From Vitrella brassicaformis CCMP3155 (lineage: Eukaryota; Protista; Chromerida), in contig CDMY01000227.1 in NCBI GenBank assembly GCA_001179505.1, positions 372,001 through 436,000 of the forward strand: a DNA stretch of 64,000 bases, in the 5' to 3' direction. The notes under the pieces are model-generated. The model was not told the DNA's origin, did no database searches, and saw only the letters and a program-made list of their open reading frames with translations. This document shows positions 1-13,121 of this stretch, one piece after another. How positions within the stretch are numbered: position 1 is the stretch's first letter; every line of letters begins with the position of its first letter. Both the position numbers and the translations under genes were made by a program.

Positions 1-52
1 GCTGTCTGTGAATGGCTCTCCCTGTCTCTCTCTGTGTCTGTGTGGGGATCAG

Positions 53-1033
53 GTTGTTGCTGTAGCCTTCACGCTGGGCGGGCTCTATGCCTGTGCGGGC
101 TTGCTGCTGGTGTACCTGGCTGGCAACGACACTCACAGCCCGCCACTCGCCTACGACGACTGGTGGGAGGCCTGGGGCCTAGACTCCATCTCAGAGCCCC
201 AACTGGTGGCCTGCCTGTTCCTCAACCTGACCATCATGCTGCAGCTCTCGTTCCTCTCCTGCCGCAGCAAGACCTGGTGGTTCTGGTTCGACGGCAAGAC
301 CACCAAGGCGCCCTCGCTCATAGTGCTCATCCCACAGGTCGGCGCACTCGTCCTGGCGACCCTCCTCTCCGTCTACTGGCCGGCAGAGCTCGCACTCGGC
401 GGCGGCGCAACAATGGCGGGATGCGGGTGGGCTCACGCGGGAGTGGTCTGGCTCTACTCGGTCGTCGTGGTGCTCATCCTCGACGTCATCAAGGTGATCA
501 CCTACCAGATCTGGTGGGCCGCCACCGACAGCGAGACGCTCTTCTCCTCCCTGTGGCGGGACCCACATGCCGCCAAGAAGGAGGCTGAGAGAGAGGTGCG
601 TAAGCAGCGGCGACGGCTGGACAGCAAGCGGTTCACCAGCAAGGACTACATCCAGCGAAAGGTGGAGGACTGGGAGGAGGCCTCGCGGCAGGGCAGCTTT
701 GCGCCCTCTGAGTACTCGCGCCTCAGTCTCGCCATGGGCCCTCCGTCGGTCATGCGGTCGTCCTCTCGTCTGTCGACCGGTGCTGGTGCTGCTGGGGCAG
801 GTTTACGCGTGACGCCAGGTGGTCCAAGTGTGGCGGACGCACGGGTCCACAAGGTGCGTGGGGTGGGCAGAATGACAGACAGACGCATTGATTGATCTGG
901 ATGGATGGAGTGTCGTCGTATGGTTGTGTGTTGTGTGTGTCAGCTGGAGGCTCGTCTGTCGATGCTAGAGGAGAAAATGACCGAGCTGATTAGCCAGATG
1001 AAGGTCCTGGCAGCCGCATCCATGAGAGACTGA
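53..1033 (+). CDS. Plasma-membrane P-type (IIIA) H+-ATPase, last two exons (53-853, 944-1033); 5' part lies outside the window
   Basis: C-terminal TM helices with LFLNLTIMLQLSFLSCRSKTWW and CGWAHAGVVWLYSVV..LDVIK, resembling PMA/AHA TM8-10. AG acceptor at 51-52, GT donor at 854, final exon LEARLSMLEEKMTELISQMKVLAAASMRD*. Confidence 0.75.
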
Positions 1034-1106
1034 AGGAAAGACTCGGCCGATGAGTGTCTGAGTGGCCAGTGAGGGCGATCTGGGTGTGGGGGAGGGGGAG
1101 GGAGGG

Positions 1107-1406
1107 NNNNNNNNNNNNNNNNNNNNNNNNNNNNNNNNNNNNNNNNNNNNNNNNNNNNNNNNNNNNNNNNNNNNNNNNNNNNNNNNNNNNNNNNNNNNNN
1201 NNNNNNNNNNNNNNNNNNNNNNNNNNNNNNNNNNNNNNNNNNNNNNNNNNNNNNNNNNNNNNNNNNNNNNNNNNNNNNNNNNNNNNNNNNNNNNNNNNNN
1301 NNNNNNNNNNNNNNNNNNNNNNNNNNNNNNNNNNNNNNNNNNNNNNNNNNNNNNNNNNNNNNNNNNNNNNNNNNNNNNNNNNNNNNNNNNNNNNNNNNNN
1401 NNNNNN
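1107..1406. other. Assembly gap (300 N)
   Basis: N run flanked by G-rich tracts. Confidence 1.
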
Positions 1407-2327
1407 GGGAGGGAGGGGGGAGGGGGAGGAGTCTGTTGGTGGTGTAGATTAGCTAGCTGGCCGGACCGGACGACCAACTAGATAGAGCTTGTGTACGTAC
1501 CTGTGTGTGGTCGTAGTAGGGGGTGCTCCCGTAGCAAGCTTATCATATCAACCTACCTACGTGGCTAGCTTCCTACTGTTTCTGTTATGTCATTTGCCGT
1601 CAAGTGAGAAGCTCTGTAAGATGCGATCGATGCCTGTGATGCATGTGGGGTGCGTGGGGTGGGGTGCATGGCATGGGATGGGATGGGTAAGTGCGTTTTA
1701 TCGCATCGCATACAAACGTCACATCGTGTGGCCTGGATGGAGGCAGGCAGGGCTGCCATGCCATTTTTTCTCTTGAAATTTGTCCCATGTGTCTGTCGAT
1801 ATGTAGCAATTGACGTACGCCGGCGTACAGTGCACGTGAACTTTCTGTTTTCTTCCCCAACTCTCACACACAGATAGTTTTTTCGGGACCCACCTCTCTC
1901 TCTCTCTCTGAGTGTGTGTGTGTGTGTGTGCGTCTGATGCCCGAGTGTTGTGCCGTTTTGGCAGCCAGTGAGGTTTTCTGATATCTGGGGTTGTTTGCCT
2001 GCCTGCCTGGCTGGCTGGCTGGCTGCCTGGTGGATTGGTTTATTTCCTCAAGTCAGTGACTGAGTGAGTGAGCAGTGGAGACAGACGAACGTTATTCAGT
2101 GACACTGTGCTGTTTGCAAACACATCGCAAGTACTGAAGTAGCTGAAGGGCGACCCAGCTACGCGACGCCACGCTACGCTAGGCTAGGCTGCTGTGGCAT
2201 TCAGTGGACTGACTGTTTTCATGTGTGTGGACGGACGCCTGCTTGCAAGCAGGCACCTTTGAGGAATAATTCGCTCAAGCAAAAGTGTGTGTTGTCCCTC
2301 ACGGCCATCCATCTACCATCTGTCAAG

Positions 2328-3773
2328 TCAGCCCTCCCCCTCCCGCCCCTCACTCTCACTAGGACCCACATAGCCGTTGACCACACCATCGCCACCAACA
2401 CTACCACCACCACCACCACCAGCAGCGGGCGATTCTGGCGGACCGCTCTGACGATAGAGGGCCTCTCTCGCCTCCTGACATCACACACACCACACACACA
2501 GAGATACCGAGGCGGGGGAGGGTGAACGAATGGTGACTGTGTGTCTGTGTGTGTTGGTTGGCTTATCGATACGGACGTCTCTCATTCTCTGCAGGTAGGG
2601 CTGCCCCTGGTAGGTGAAGGGTACGCCATGCCTCTCCTCGAACTCCGTCAGCTCCCCCATCAGCACGTCGTCCAGCTCAGACAGTTGCCCGATGGTCTGC
2701 TCGATGTCCGCACCGTTGGTGGTGGCGGTGGCGGCGGCTGGTTCGTGAGGGTGGTCTGGGGGTGCGGCGACGAGTGTCTGGAGCCGCTGCTGCAGCTGCT
2801 GCCGCTGCTGCCGCTGGGTGATGCGGCGGAAGAGCGGTAGCCGGTTGGACAGCTGCCGACACTCCGACTCATAGACCTGCACACTCGCATGGCCAAAGGC
2901 GTGTGTGCGTGTGTGTGTGTGTGTGTGAGGAGAGGGGTGTGTGTGGGTGTGTGTGTGTGTGTCTCACGTTTTGGAGCTGAGGTGTGTAGGGCATGACGCG
3001 CTCGCAACGCAGCACGAAGTCCAATATCTCGTCGCCTGCAGTGCAGTGCAGTGCGCAGTGCAGTGCACACAATCCATCCATCCGTCCATCCATCCACAGC
3101 TGGCTGATGAAGCATCCATCCATCCATCCATCTCCCACTCACGCGAGTGTGCACGCTTACGTGGCACGTCGAGTGTCTCCCAGAGGCTCTGCAGCGTGGC
3201 CCTGAGCTCCGGCCATGTCGCTGACATGCTCCCACCCCCCACAGCAGCCCCACCTCTCGCCTCATGGGCAGACCTGCTCTCGGTCATCAGCTGCCGCCAC
3301 CATGAGAGAAGAAAAGGTCTGGGTGGGGTGTGTGTGAGTGTGTGTGTGTGTGTGTGGTGGCTACCTCTCGTTCGTCGTGCTGCCGCTGTTGGTGTATGTG
3401 TTGAGAGAGCCTCTCGACCTTGGCCGCACAGGCGTCCTCCATCTCACCCACGGCCTCATCATAGCTGCCAGATACACAGCCACCACAGACATACTTTCTT
3501 CCATGGCATGGACCACACACATACAGACAGACACAGGGATGACGCCCCTCTCTGTGTGTCAGCAGGGCAGGGGGCGGGGGCGGGGGGGATGTGGTGTGCT
3601 CACTGTTGCTGCGCTGCTTGCTGGTAGTCGATTCGCCACTTGGCGAGTGCCATCTTGAGTTTGCGGATCTTGGCGAGGAGTGCGTCCTTCTCCTCGCCCC
3701 ACAGCCGCTGCACTCGCTGCAGCTCGCTCTCATATGAGCGACACTGACACCACACACACAACCGTATACGCGC

Positions 3774-3810
<37 letters not shown>

Positions 3811-6426
3811 TGGATGGGTGCGTGAGTGTCGGTCGGGTACCTACCTACCTGTGCGTCATGGTGGTGTTTGATCTTGTGGAGTTCCTGCTCGTATCTGAGC
3901 CTGGTACCCTGCTCGAACGACTGCAGTGCGGTTAGCTGCTGCTGCGACAGCTGCTGCAGCTCCGTGACCCAACGGCGGTCCGTCTGCTCCGAGATGGCTG
4001 ACGCCTCGTCGAACTCTTGCTGCACTTACACACACACACACACATCCATGGGGTGGGAGGGGAAAGGGGGGATGGGTTACCTTGAGTTGCTGCAGCTGGT
4101 TGGTGTAGTGTTCCTCGAGCTGTGAGTCGATGCGCGTCGTGGCTTCGGTCTGCAGCCGGTCCCAGTCCTGCCGCAGACCCTCCAGCTCCTTCTCATACCT
4201 GCACACACGCGCATCGTGGAAGGAAGGATGCGCCAGTAGTCTGTAGCCAGCCTGCCCGACGCCTAGCTACTTGAAGCAGGTCTTCTGCTCCAGCTCGTAG
4301 AGGCTCTCAACATGCGCCTCCGCGCGACGACGCTCCGAGGCAGCCTACCACCCCACCCCACAGTGACCACACCATTAGCTAACACATACACACACAGCCA
4401 TGGACACACACCCAGACGGACCTTCTCGTCGAGAGTCTTGATCAGCTGCCCGAGCCTGTCGTTGGCGGCCCTGTCCTGCTCCTCCCTCATGGCCTCGATG
4501 TGCGCCGCACACCGCCGCTGCAGCTCCTGCTCGAAGTGCACCCGCTCGTAGTGCACGCGACGCACCTCCTCGCCCACTAAGGTTGCCTGCACCACCCAAG
4601 GGACCAGACCCATGGCACGTGTGTTGGGAGGGGAGGGTGTTGGAGGGATGCGGCGCCGGCTGGTGTGTGTGTTTGGTTGCCTGTTGTTGCGTTTGCTGCT
4701 CCATGTGTTTGATGAGTCTCTGTTTCTCCTCCTCGTGTGCCGCCTGAGTGGCGTCGAGCAGCTGACGGTACTTGGACAAGACCGACTGCTCCACGGACAG
4801 ATAATGCTGCACACAGATAGATAGACACAGACAGACAGACAGACCGACAGGCGGACAGGGAAACGCGCGAAGGGGTTGTGGGGCTGTGTGGTCCTGAGTC
4901 AGTCGTGTGTGTCATGTGTTGTATATGTGTGCGTGTACCTTACCTGGTCGATTTGCTGGAGCTTGTGCATGGCCAGCGTCTGCTCCTTCTCCCAAAGGGC
5001 CAGCTGCTCACGGTGGTGGGACGCAAGCAGCGCATCCACCTGAACACACATCTATTCTACTCGACACACCCGTATGGTATGTGCAGGTAGGTCAGATGGC
5101 TGACCTTTTCGGTGTAGGTCTGCACAGACCTGGCGAGGTCAGTGCTGTAGAGGCCCTCAGAGCGGCCCCACGTGTCGGCCAGCTTGGACAGGGCATCCTC
5201 CTGAGCGATGGATAGATAAACAGGATGCACCGGTGCGAAGCCAAGGAGCGGTACACACCTCCTGCTGCCTCCACTTCTGCTGGTGGGTGACCATGCGCTC
5301 GTCGAAGTCAGCCTCAATCCTCCACACACACACACACGCACACACATACACACGCCCACATGGACTCATCAAGACAAATGGACTCGGCATCCATGCCATG
5401 TGTGCGTCGGTCTTCTCACTGTTTGGCCTTCTCCCGTGCGTTGTGTTCGAGGGCCTCACTGAGCTGCAGAAACTCTTTCTTCAGCTCAGTCTGTAGCTGC
5501 ACGCCACCCACCCCACCCCACGCCATCACACCCACCCACACACACACACAGAGAGAGAGAGAGATGGGTGCCCACACCACAGACGGGAGGGTGGCTGCAT
5601 CACGCACAGCACAGCTACACACATACATACCCGCTGGTCTTTCTCCTGCAGTATCTTGGTTCGCTCCCGCTGCCACCTCTGCTTGAAGTCGACCTCCAGC
5701 CGATGGCGCGTGGAGCCTACACTCGCCTGCAGTGCAGTCCCAATGCACAGGGAGGGATGCTTCCTTCCGGGCAGATGTACTTGCCTTGCGCTCGTCCACC
5801 CACCCAGCCACCGACCTGTTGCTGCTGCACTTTGCCCTGGAGCTGCGACAGCTGACGGGACTCATCCAGCAACGCACTCTGAACAACGCACCAACAGAAC
5901 AAACCAATGCACACGCGCATCGCACCCCACCTCCCTCTCTTCGCACCTTGATGCCCTCCAGAGTGCCGCCCGCCTCCATCTCCCCCTCCCCCTCCCCACC
6001 CACAATTGGCCCATCCTCTGCCATAGGTGGTGGTGATGGCTGGATGCGTGTGCCACGGTGAGGTGATGGCGCCTTGGCCTTCGCAGCAGATGCAGCAGGC
6101 GGACTGAAACAAGGAACGAGGGAACACACATGAGCGCATGGATTTCTTCTGGCTTCCTTTGGTTCTGCTTACGGCGGCGGAAAGTCTACAGGGGCTCCCT
6201 CGCCCGTCAGCACAAAGGGCTCGCGCTCAGCACCGGCCATCTCACCCAGATCTGCCCTTCCCTTGTCCATCTGCTGCTGGCGCTGCCACGGGCCTCCCCT
6301 TTCGTCTACTGGCACTTCCGCTTGGCTGTCCGTATGCGAGCGGGGCAGGGACTCATCGCTGCGGTGGGGAGATGCAGCCGCAGATCTCTCCGTCTGGGCG
6401 CCCCTTCCATCATCTGAGGACCACAT
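2328..6426 (-). CDS. Multi-exon long coiled-coil protein with a C-terminal MAP65/ASE1/PRC1-like region
   Basis: ATG at 6426 (MWSSDDG), donor CCGCC|gtaagc at about 6171, many E/Q/R/L-rich coiled-coil exons. Spliced C-terminus ELRATLQSLWETLDVPRDEILDFVLRCERVMPYTPQLQNVYESECRQL...LSELDDVLMGELTEFEERHGVPFTYQGQPYLQRM resembles the PRC1/Ase1 spectrin region. Stop TGA at 2328-2330. Confidence 0.55.
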
Positions 6427-6543
6427 CCGCCGCCGGACTAAAGGCGATAGAGGGGATGCGCTCTGACTCGAGACTGGGGGCGCCCTAGGGGGCGGGCGCC
6501 TTTCCCTCCGACGAGTCTTATCGTGCTAGTGCTTAGCCTACCG

Positions 6544-6845
6544 ATGTCTCCAAAGTACGTGCTCATCGTCCTTGTTTGCCTGCTATCGTTGGCACTCTTT
6601 GCCTCCGGCCAGTCATACGCAGGCAACTACAAGTACGGGTACAAGAGACGACGACGCAGCCAGCGCCGGAGCAGCCAAAGGGGCAGAGGGGCGGGCCGGG
6701 GGAGCAAGACCCTGCGCGACAGGCTGAGGTACCGGCCCTATGAGAGCCCCAGCAGCCCCGACTTCGACTGGAGCTCGTATGCGTTCGGGAGGCCGGGTGG
6801 CCGGGGAGTGACCTTGTAAGCAGCGCCAAGGATGGACGAGGCAGC

Positions 6846-6880
<35 letters not shown>

Positions 6881-7247
6881 CACACTACTCACGGTCGCAT
6901 GCAGGCAAACTCTGCTCATGGTGTGTCTGTGTGTGTTTCTGTGTCTGTCTCCGCGTGTGTGTCTGCCTTCTTTTCAGTGGCGCAGGAGGGCGGTCTGCGC
7001 GCGTGGTAAGCGTTCTTCCGGCAGCTCAGCTCGCTGCACGCAGGCCGCGTTGGTCTCATTTTTTTGGTTTGTTGTATGTGTGCCCCCGTAGGCTGTTCCG
7101 GCCAACTGCGTGCCGAAGCACGGGCTTCTGTCCATTCGCAAGATCGCCGCCTCCTTCCGGGCCGACCCCAATGTGTACAGGAGAGAGCTCGACTGCCGGG
7201 GGGCGGCCAGCGGGACACGATACTACAACGCACCTGGCGGATTCTGA
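6544..7247 (+). CDS. Small secreted basic protein (about 150 aa, 3 exons), unknown function
   Basis: Signal peptide MSPKYVLIVLVCLLSLALFASG followed by an Arg-rich tract. Exons 6544-6815, 6978-7005 and 7092-7247 join in frame via TT|gtaag..cag|T and GTG|gtaag..tag|GCT. Last exon AVPANCVPKHGLLSIRKIAASFRADPNVYRRELDCRGAASGTRYYNAPGGF* has high GC3. Confidence 0.7.
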
Positions 7248-7990
7248 CACACGGACCGACCGACGGACTGACTGACAAACTGATGGAATGGACATGTTGG
7301 GTGTGTGAGACAGGGCGTTGTCGCTGTTCTGTCGTTTTCCTGTTTCCCTACAAACATGATGCAGACAGATGCCAGGCAGCCAGCCTTCAGACGGCCATAC
7401 GCTACGCCTGAGACACGTGAGAGAGTGCAAGCTTGGCTATCAGTCGGCCGGCGGGTGGTCGGCCTTTTTTTCAGTGTGTCGATGCATGGTGAGCCAGGCG
7501 GGCCTCAGAGACGCCATTCCTGCATTGATTGCCTGGATAAATGTCGCCGTTACTAACATGGGGTGGGGCGCGGGAGGAGACGGGAGGGGAATGAACGGGG
7601 AAGGGAGACAGCATGATAACAAGGAAAAGTGAATGGCTAACTTGATATTAACCTGAATGCACTATATCGTGTGTGTGCTGTACGGCACCTCTCATGCCGC
7701 CTCCCTTGCCTCATGCTGTGCCACATCTGCCTCGCAGCGACTGTAGCTGCGTGCGTCGTGTGGACAAGAAAGGCTTTTCTGAATGTGTCCTCCGTGCAAA
7801 GACCGACCAGTGCGTGTCACGCTTGCACCTTCTCTATGTCCGAAACACACACGTCATACACAAGATCCCATCACATGAGCAGAGCAGTCAAGGCACAATC
7901 AGTCCTTCACACTCGGCCCTTGCCTGCCTGCCTGCCTGCCTTGCGTCTCTGCTGGCCTGTATCTGCCTGCCTCATTCCCTTCGCGGCTCG

Positions 7991-8448
7991 CTAAGTGCCC
8001 GGATCCGGCGGCTTTGCCGATATGGACAAAGCGTGCACGCCTGCCTTGATCTCATCGTCGAGTATCTCATAGATGAGCCGGTGGCGCTTGATCATGGGCA
8101 CATTCGCAAATGCAGCGCTCTCCACCATCACTCTGCAATGCATCCATGGACACGCGGCGCACACACAGCACAGCACAGCATTCCAGAGGTGTCTGGAGAG
8201 CACTGCACTTCATGCTGTACTTGAAGTGTGTTTCTTGTTTCCTGTCAAGGCCTTTCATCGCCGCGTGGCCAGCATGGAGATGGCTCTGCAGCAGACACAA
8301 GCGCACACAATGAGTGCAATGCCTTCCGTTCATCTGCCCGGACCTCGTCGACGATCTCAAGCTTCGTTGGAGTCAATTTCTCCGTGAGCTTTCTCTCAAT
8401 CGCCTCATAAATGGGTCCCTTTGTCGCCATACTGCTGAAACGGCGCAT
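7991..8448 (-). CDS. bolA: BolA-family protein, probably mitochondrial (BOLA1-like)
   Basis: Spliced IERKLTEKLTPTKLEIVDESHLHAGHA...ETHFKVMVESAAFANVPMIKRHRLIYEIL..EIKAGVHALSI contains the BolA motifs. N-terminal MRRFSS resembles a mitochondrial presequence. Confidence 0.93.
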
Positions 8449-8517
8449 TCGCAGCGGCGATCCACCTGCAAGCTTAGCTCGCAGAGGAGGGAAAAGTGAA
8501 GAGGGGAAGAGAGCGTC

Positions 8518-9348
8518 ATGGCGATTAAGAAGACACGTCAGCGTGTCTACAAGAAAGTCCGGAGAACCCCGAAAAGTCTACACAGGTGAGATGCGTCACT
8601 GACTGTGACTGCAGCGTCATAAACTGCAACGTTCCATGCTTGCTGTCTACAGGAGGCGATTCGACGTCAAGAAGAGCATGCGAGACCCAACTATGGTCAG
8701 AAGAGAGGAAGATGAGACCTCGACAGACATGCTTCTTTTCCTCACTGGTCCGTTTGTTGCGTGCGCAGAAGAGCCTGTGGGATGATTCCAAGACGGTCAC
8801 GCAGAACCTCGCAGCCACCAGCGTGGCCGCCTTCGCTGAACAACTGCCGGAGAAGATCCCCAAATCAGTGCCAAAGAAGTAAGCACGAAGGAAAGGGGCG
8901 TTGAGGCGGGCGTCTGAATGCGTATTAGTAACTGACTTTCAGGCTGTCAGAGTGGGACGCTCCTATCGTCAAGAAGCTACACGAAAAGCACGGGGACGAC
9001 TACAAGGTGGGCCAGCCACTGAATACCCCCCCGCGCATGCATGGCTGCACCTCAATCGCCTCCGGTGTGTCTTTGTTGGTTGTGCAGGCGATGGAGCGCG
9101 ACATCAAGGTGAACGTGCTACAGTGGACTGCGGCAAACATCGAGAAAAGGGTGGCCAAATGGAAGAGAAACTACGTGTCGGGTCTGCCAAAAGGACCTGC
9201 CCAGAAGGATGACGGCAAGGGGCAGCTGGGGGGGCGTGCGGCCGAGAGTGACGTGCAGATGGCGGAAGGCGAGCCCAAGGAGGTGACCAGGGCTATGCGG
9301 AGAAGGGAGAACATGAAGCTGAGGAAGATGATACTGACAAGAAAGTGA
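8518..9348 (+). CDS. NOP16: Ribosome biogenesis protein Nop16
   Basis: Basic N-terminus (KKTRQRVYKKVRR), W(D)DSKTVTQNL, and KLHEKHGDDYK|AMERDIKVNVLQWTAANIEKR, matching the Nop16 HGDDYKAMARD..LN..Q.T signature. Confidence 0.85.
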
Positions 9349-9876
9349 ACATGCGCCTGTCGTAGGTTGATGGATGGATGGGTGGACGGATGGAAGGATG
9401 GATGTCGTGCGTTGAGTCATCCTTTCGTTGTTGATAGACTGCGTATGGTGATGATCATGATCTAGATTTAGACGACGGTTGCATGATTGTTGGACATTTG
9501 TTCGGTCATTACCCTTGAGTCCTTCCCTGTAGACAAAAAAAATTGCCCGCATCCACCCACCCATCATCATGTAAACTCTACAATCGCAGTGCGGCCGACG
9601 AAAAAGGGCACACATAGACCTCATGATGTCACTCACGTGCACCCACACCCACACGCACACCCGCACCCCAGCCCATCAACAGGTACATACATGGCTCACT
9701 CAGCCTATCGTCACTCATCGATGTCTGCATGCCATGCATCTATCTATGTGCGTACGCCTCCATCGATCGCTGCACGCCTCCGCACACACCGGACACTGAA
9801 AAAGAGGCGCAGACAGGACAGGCAGGGCTGCCTGTTTCTCTAGGAAAACTGATAAACACAGGGAACGTCATGGCAT

Positions 9877-12576
9877 TCACAGCTCGGATGTGGTGGTGGT
9901 GGTTGTGGCAGTGGTAGTTGTCTTGGCCTCCTCGAGGTTGACGGGGATGTGCCACTCGCTTTTGGATGGGTCCTGCGCACGATGGCACAACGGACAGTGC
10001 AGTGAGAGACATGGATGGATCGACGGCAGCCCGCTTCGTCACTGGCTTACCTCGTACACAGGTGTCTTGTGTCGCGAGCAGAGTTCCCTGAACTTCGCCA
10101 GCAGCCAGTCGTAGTCACTACGACGGGCACTGTCTGACGTCAGCAGCCGATTTACCGACTGCATGTACAGCAACAACAACAACAACGACATGACAACATA
10201 AGCAAGGCGACGTGGGTTGGGTTTGTTGACGCACCATCCGATCGACGAACGTCGGCGCCAGAGTGAGATGACTCACCTAAGAGCATAGACACAGAACACA
10301 CAGAACAGACACATTGTCAAGGTCGTCAGCTGTGTGTGTGTTTCGTTGAGTCGGTGGTCGCTCTCTCACTTTGGTTGGCTCATCTTTGTGGAGGTGAACA
10401 AAGTACATCATGCCCAGGTCGTTCCTGTACTCGTCATCCGTGGCGTAGTCATCCAGGAAGTCGCCAGCGCCGTAGATGATGGGCCTCGCCTTGTACAACT
10501 CGATCCCCTGAACTGCACACACACCAGACGGGCACACACCCAGACGGAATGCTCCGCACGGAGCATCAACACCTGCAGCCTCACTGTGGTGTGACGAATG
10601 TCCATGCACTATGTCGACACCGCCCTCGTCGATCAGCTTGTGGGCGATCCTGCAACGCAACACGATGGATGAACCGAACCATGTATGCATTCTTCGGCGG
10701 CTGACATACATGGTTTGCTGGTGTGAGGGGTGCCATCGGTAGTTGGGCCCCCAGTGGATGGACAGGACCGACAGCACCGTGTGGCCACTCCCACGCTCTC
10801 GCTCCAATTCACGCTTCAGGTCACGCTGATGCATAGAGAGAGACACAGACGCAACGCACAGGGCGGCTACGTCCATGCCATAGGTGCATCCATCCATCGC
10901 CCGACTAACCATCTTGTGTGCCAGTTGGGTGATCTGGCGCTCGTTTATGTCATCGACATCCAAGTAGTTGAGGCCCTTCCGATCCTCCGTGGCCGCCCAT
11001 GTGTCGAGGCCCTCTTTGTCTGCCCGACCTGTGCACAATCCATCCATTTACGTGTGCACGGCCGACCCATCCAGAATGTGTATATGTATGTGTGTGTATG
11101 TGTGTGCGCGTGTGTCTATGTGTGTTTACCGGCTCCGTGATCTGAGAATGAGAAGACGAGCAACGAGATGGGGTGGCCCTTCACCGGCACCTCGACGGGC
11201 CTGAAGGCCTGCACACAGCGGCAGGGAGACGCAGCCGTCGAATCATGCACACGCCTCGGTGTTTGTTGGTCAGATCAGAGATGCGCCGTACCTCGTTTGC
11301 ATCCTTGCCAACTCCAGCAAATTTTATGCCTGCATCAATCCATCCAATACACAGACAGAAACCAAAGCGGGCAGGGGGCACACTCAATGAATGGCCGCGG
11401 TGGAATGGCCCGATCGGCCCACCTGCCTCCCGCAGTGCCTTCATCGTTTCCTCCATGCCCTCATACTGACACACACGCACGCACGCACGCACACACACAC
11501 ACATATCATGACGACACTCTCTCTCGTGCGTGCCTGTGCGTGTGTGTGTGTGTGTGTGTGATCCGTGAATGCATGAGCACATACCCCATAGTCGAGGATA
11601 TGGTTGTTGGCCGACGATGCGTAGTCGCACCCAATGACCTTGAGCAAATCGATGTTCTGGGGGTGCATCCGATAGTGGAACACCTTCGACGGCCAGGGGG
11701 CTGACAACGGCATAAAGAGAGAGAGAGAGAGAGAGAGAGGGGATGTGTGTCCATCCATCCATCCATCGGTTGCTCACTGTCGCTTGTGGTGACGGATGTT
11801 TCTAGGTTGATGAGGCGGGCATCGGCCTCCTTGAACAGAGGAAGAGTCGTCCCCCACACCTGCCCAAAGTAGGCCGAAACATGCACCATTGATGCGTGTC
11901 TTGGCTGTTGGCGGTGTCAGTCGGCGGCTCACCCGCTCGAGCTTGTTGGTGTCACTAAGCCCCCTGACACCCAGCCCAGCCCTCAGATGATCACCAAGCG
12001 CACTGCACACGGCGCCCGACGAGCAAGAGACAAGGTGAGTGAGTGTGAGATGCGTCCCACATCATCGGTATGGCTGACTGGATTGGTGCACTGCGTCCCT
12101 CCCTCCCTCCCTCCCTCCCCGCTTACCTGATGGACCTGCCGTGCTCCACTTCGTTGGGTATGGGGTGCGGCAGCACCTGGTCAACTGTGTGATGTGATGC
12201 ACAGCAACGACAGCAAGAGGACAACACTCAATCTCCGTCAGCAGCCACTCACAAGACGAGTGCAGTGCATCCACATGGCTTACGCAGCCGGCCTGAACAA
12301 GCATAGCATGGAGAAGCAAACGAGTGAACGAGTGAACGGATTGATGGACACAGACGCGCGTGAACCTTCTCCTCCTGCTGCTGCCAGCACGCCTTCTGCC
12401 GCCCTCTCTGCCTGCCTGCCTCACTCACTCACTCACTCACCGGTCATGCAGTCTCCAACGAGCGCCAGCTGGACCACCTGGTTCCTGTTGGGCAGGTGCA
12501 GCTGTGCCGCCTGCAGCGTGCGATGCGTCGACGCCATCTCGTTGTCTCGCAACACACGGGAGGGTTGCTGGCCCAT
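9877..12576 (-). CDS. CapA/PgsA (PGA_cap) family metallophosphoesterase, many exons
   Basis: Ordered motifs ALVGDCMTG, INLETSVT, FHYRMHPQN, SANNHILDYG, SIHWGPNY, IVHGHSSHH.QGIE.Y..RPIIYGAGDFLDDY, YRNDLG. ATG at 12576 (MGQQPS), stop at 9877-9879. Confidence 0.9.
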
Positions 12577-13121
12577 AATCAGACTCCCAAACCAGGGAGA
12601 TAACCTGAATCAATCAACAGACAGACGGACACAGACAACATGACAAGCACAAAAGCGTGATGATTCATGCATGCGACAGGAAAGGAGACAACGAACCTTT
12701 ACCACGCGAGTCTCCTTCCTCTGCTGGGTGACCGGTCAGTCGCTGATGCGGCGATGAGAGCAGCTGAGCATACCACGATGGCCCAGCTTCGCGTGAGCTG
12801 CATGCATCGACACAATTCCACAGCACAATCACCCTACCGAGGACGAGCTGCTTCTGTTTCCTTCATTGATTACCATTTGCTGCGTTCTTCTCAGTCCGTT
12901 TGTTTCACGACTCGAGTCCTAAGACGTTGTGTCTCTGAATCGTTCTTCCTCACCGATTTCCTCCCCGCTCGCAGGATTTCTCCTTCGGGTGCCAAGACAG
13001 AGACCAACCCGTTGTTGGCCTGTGTCCAGCTGGCCCCGCCAGCCACCGACCCAGCTGCTTGACGATCCCGAGGTTCCTCAATCCGCGCGAGGCCTCCGTG
13101 TGGCGCTTGTGTGCCTAGGAG

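Noticed and set aside
6138-6488. ORF MDFFWLPLVLLTAA... resembling a secreted protein
   Set aside because: It is antisense to exon 1 of the minus-strand coiled-coil gene, which has a good donor and an in-frame join.
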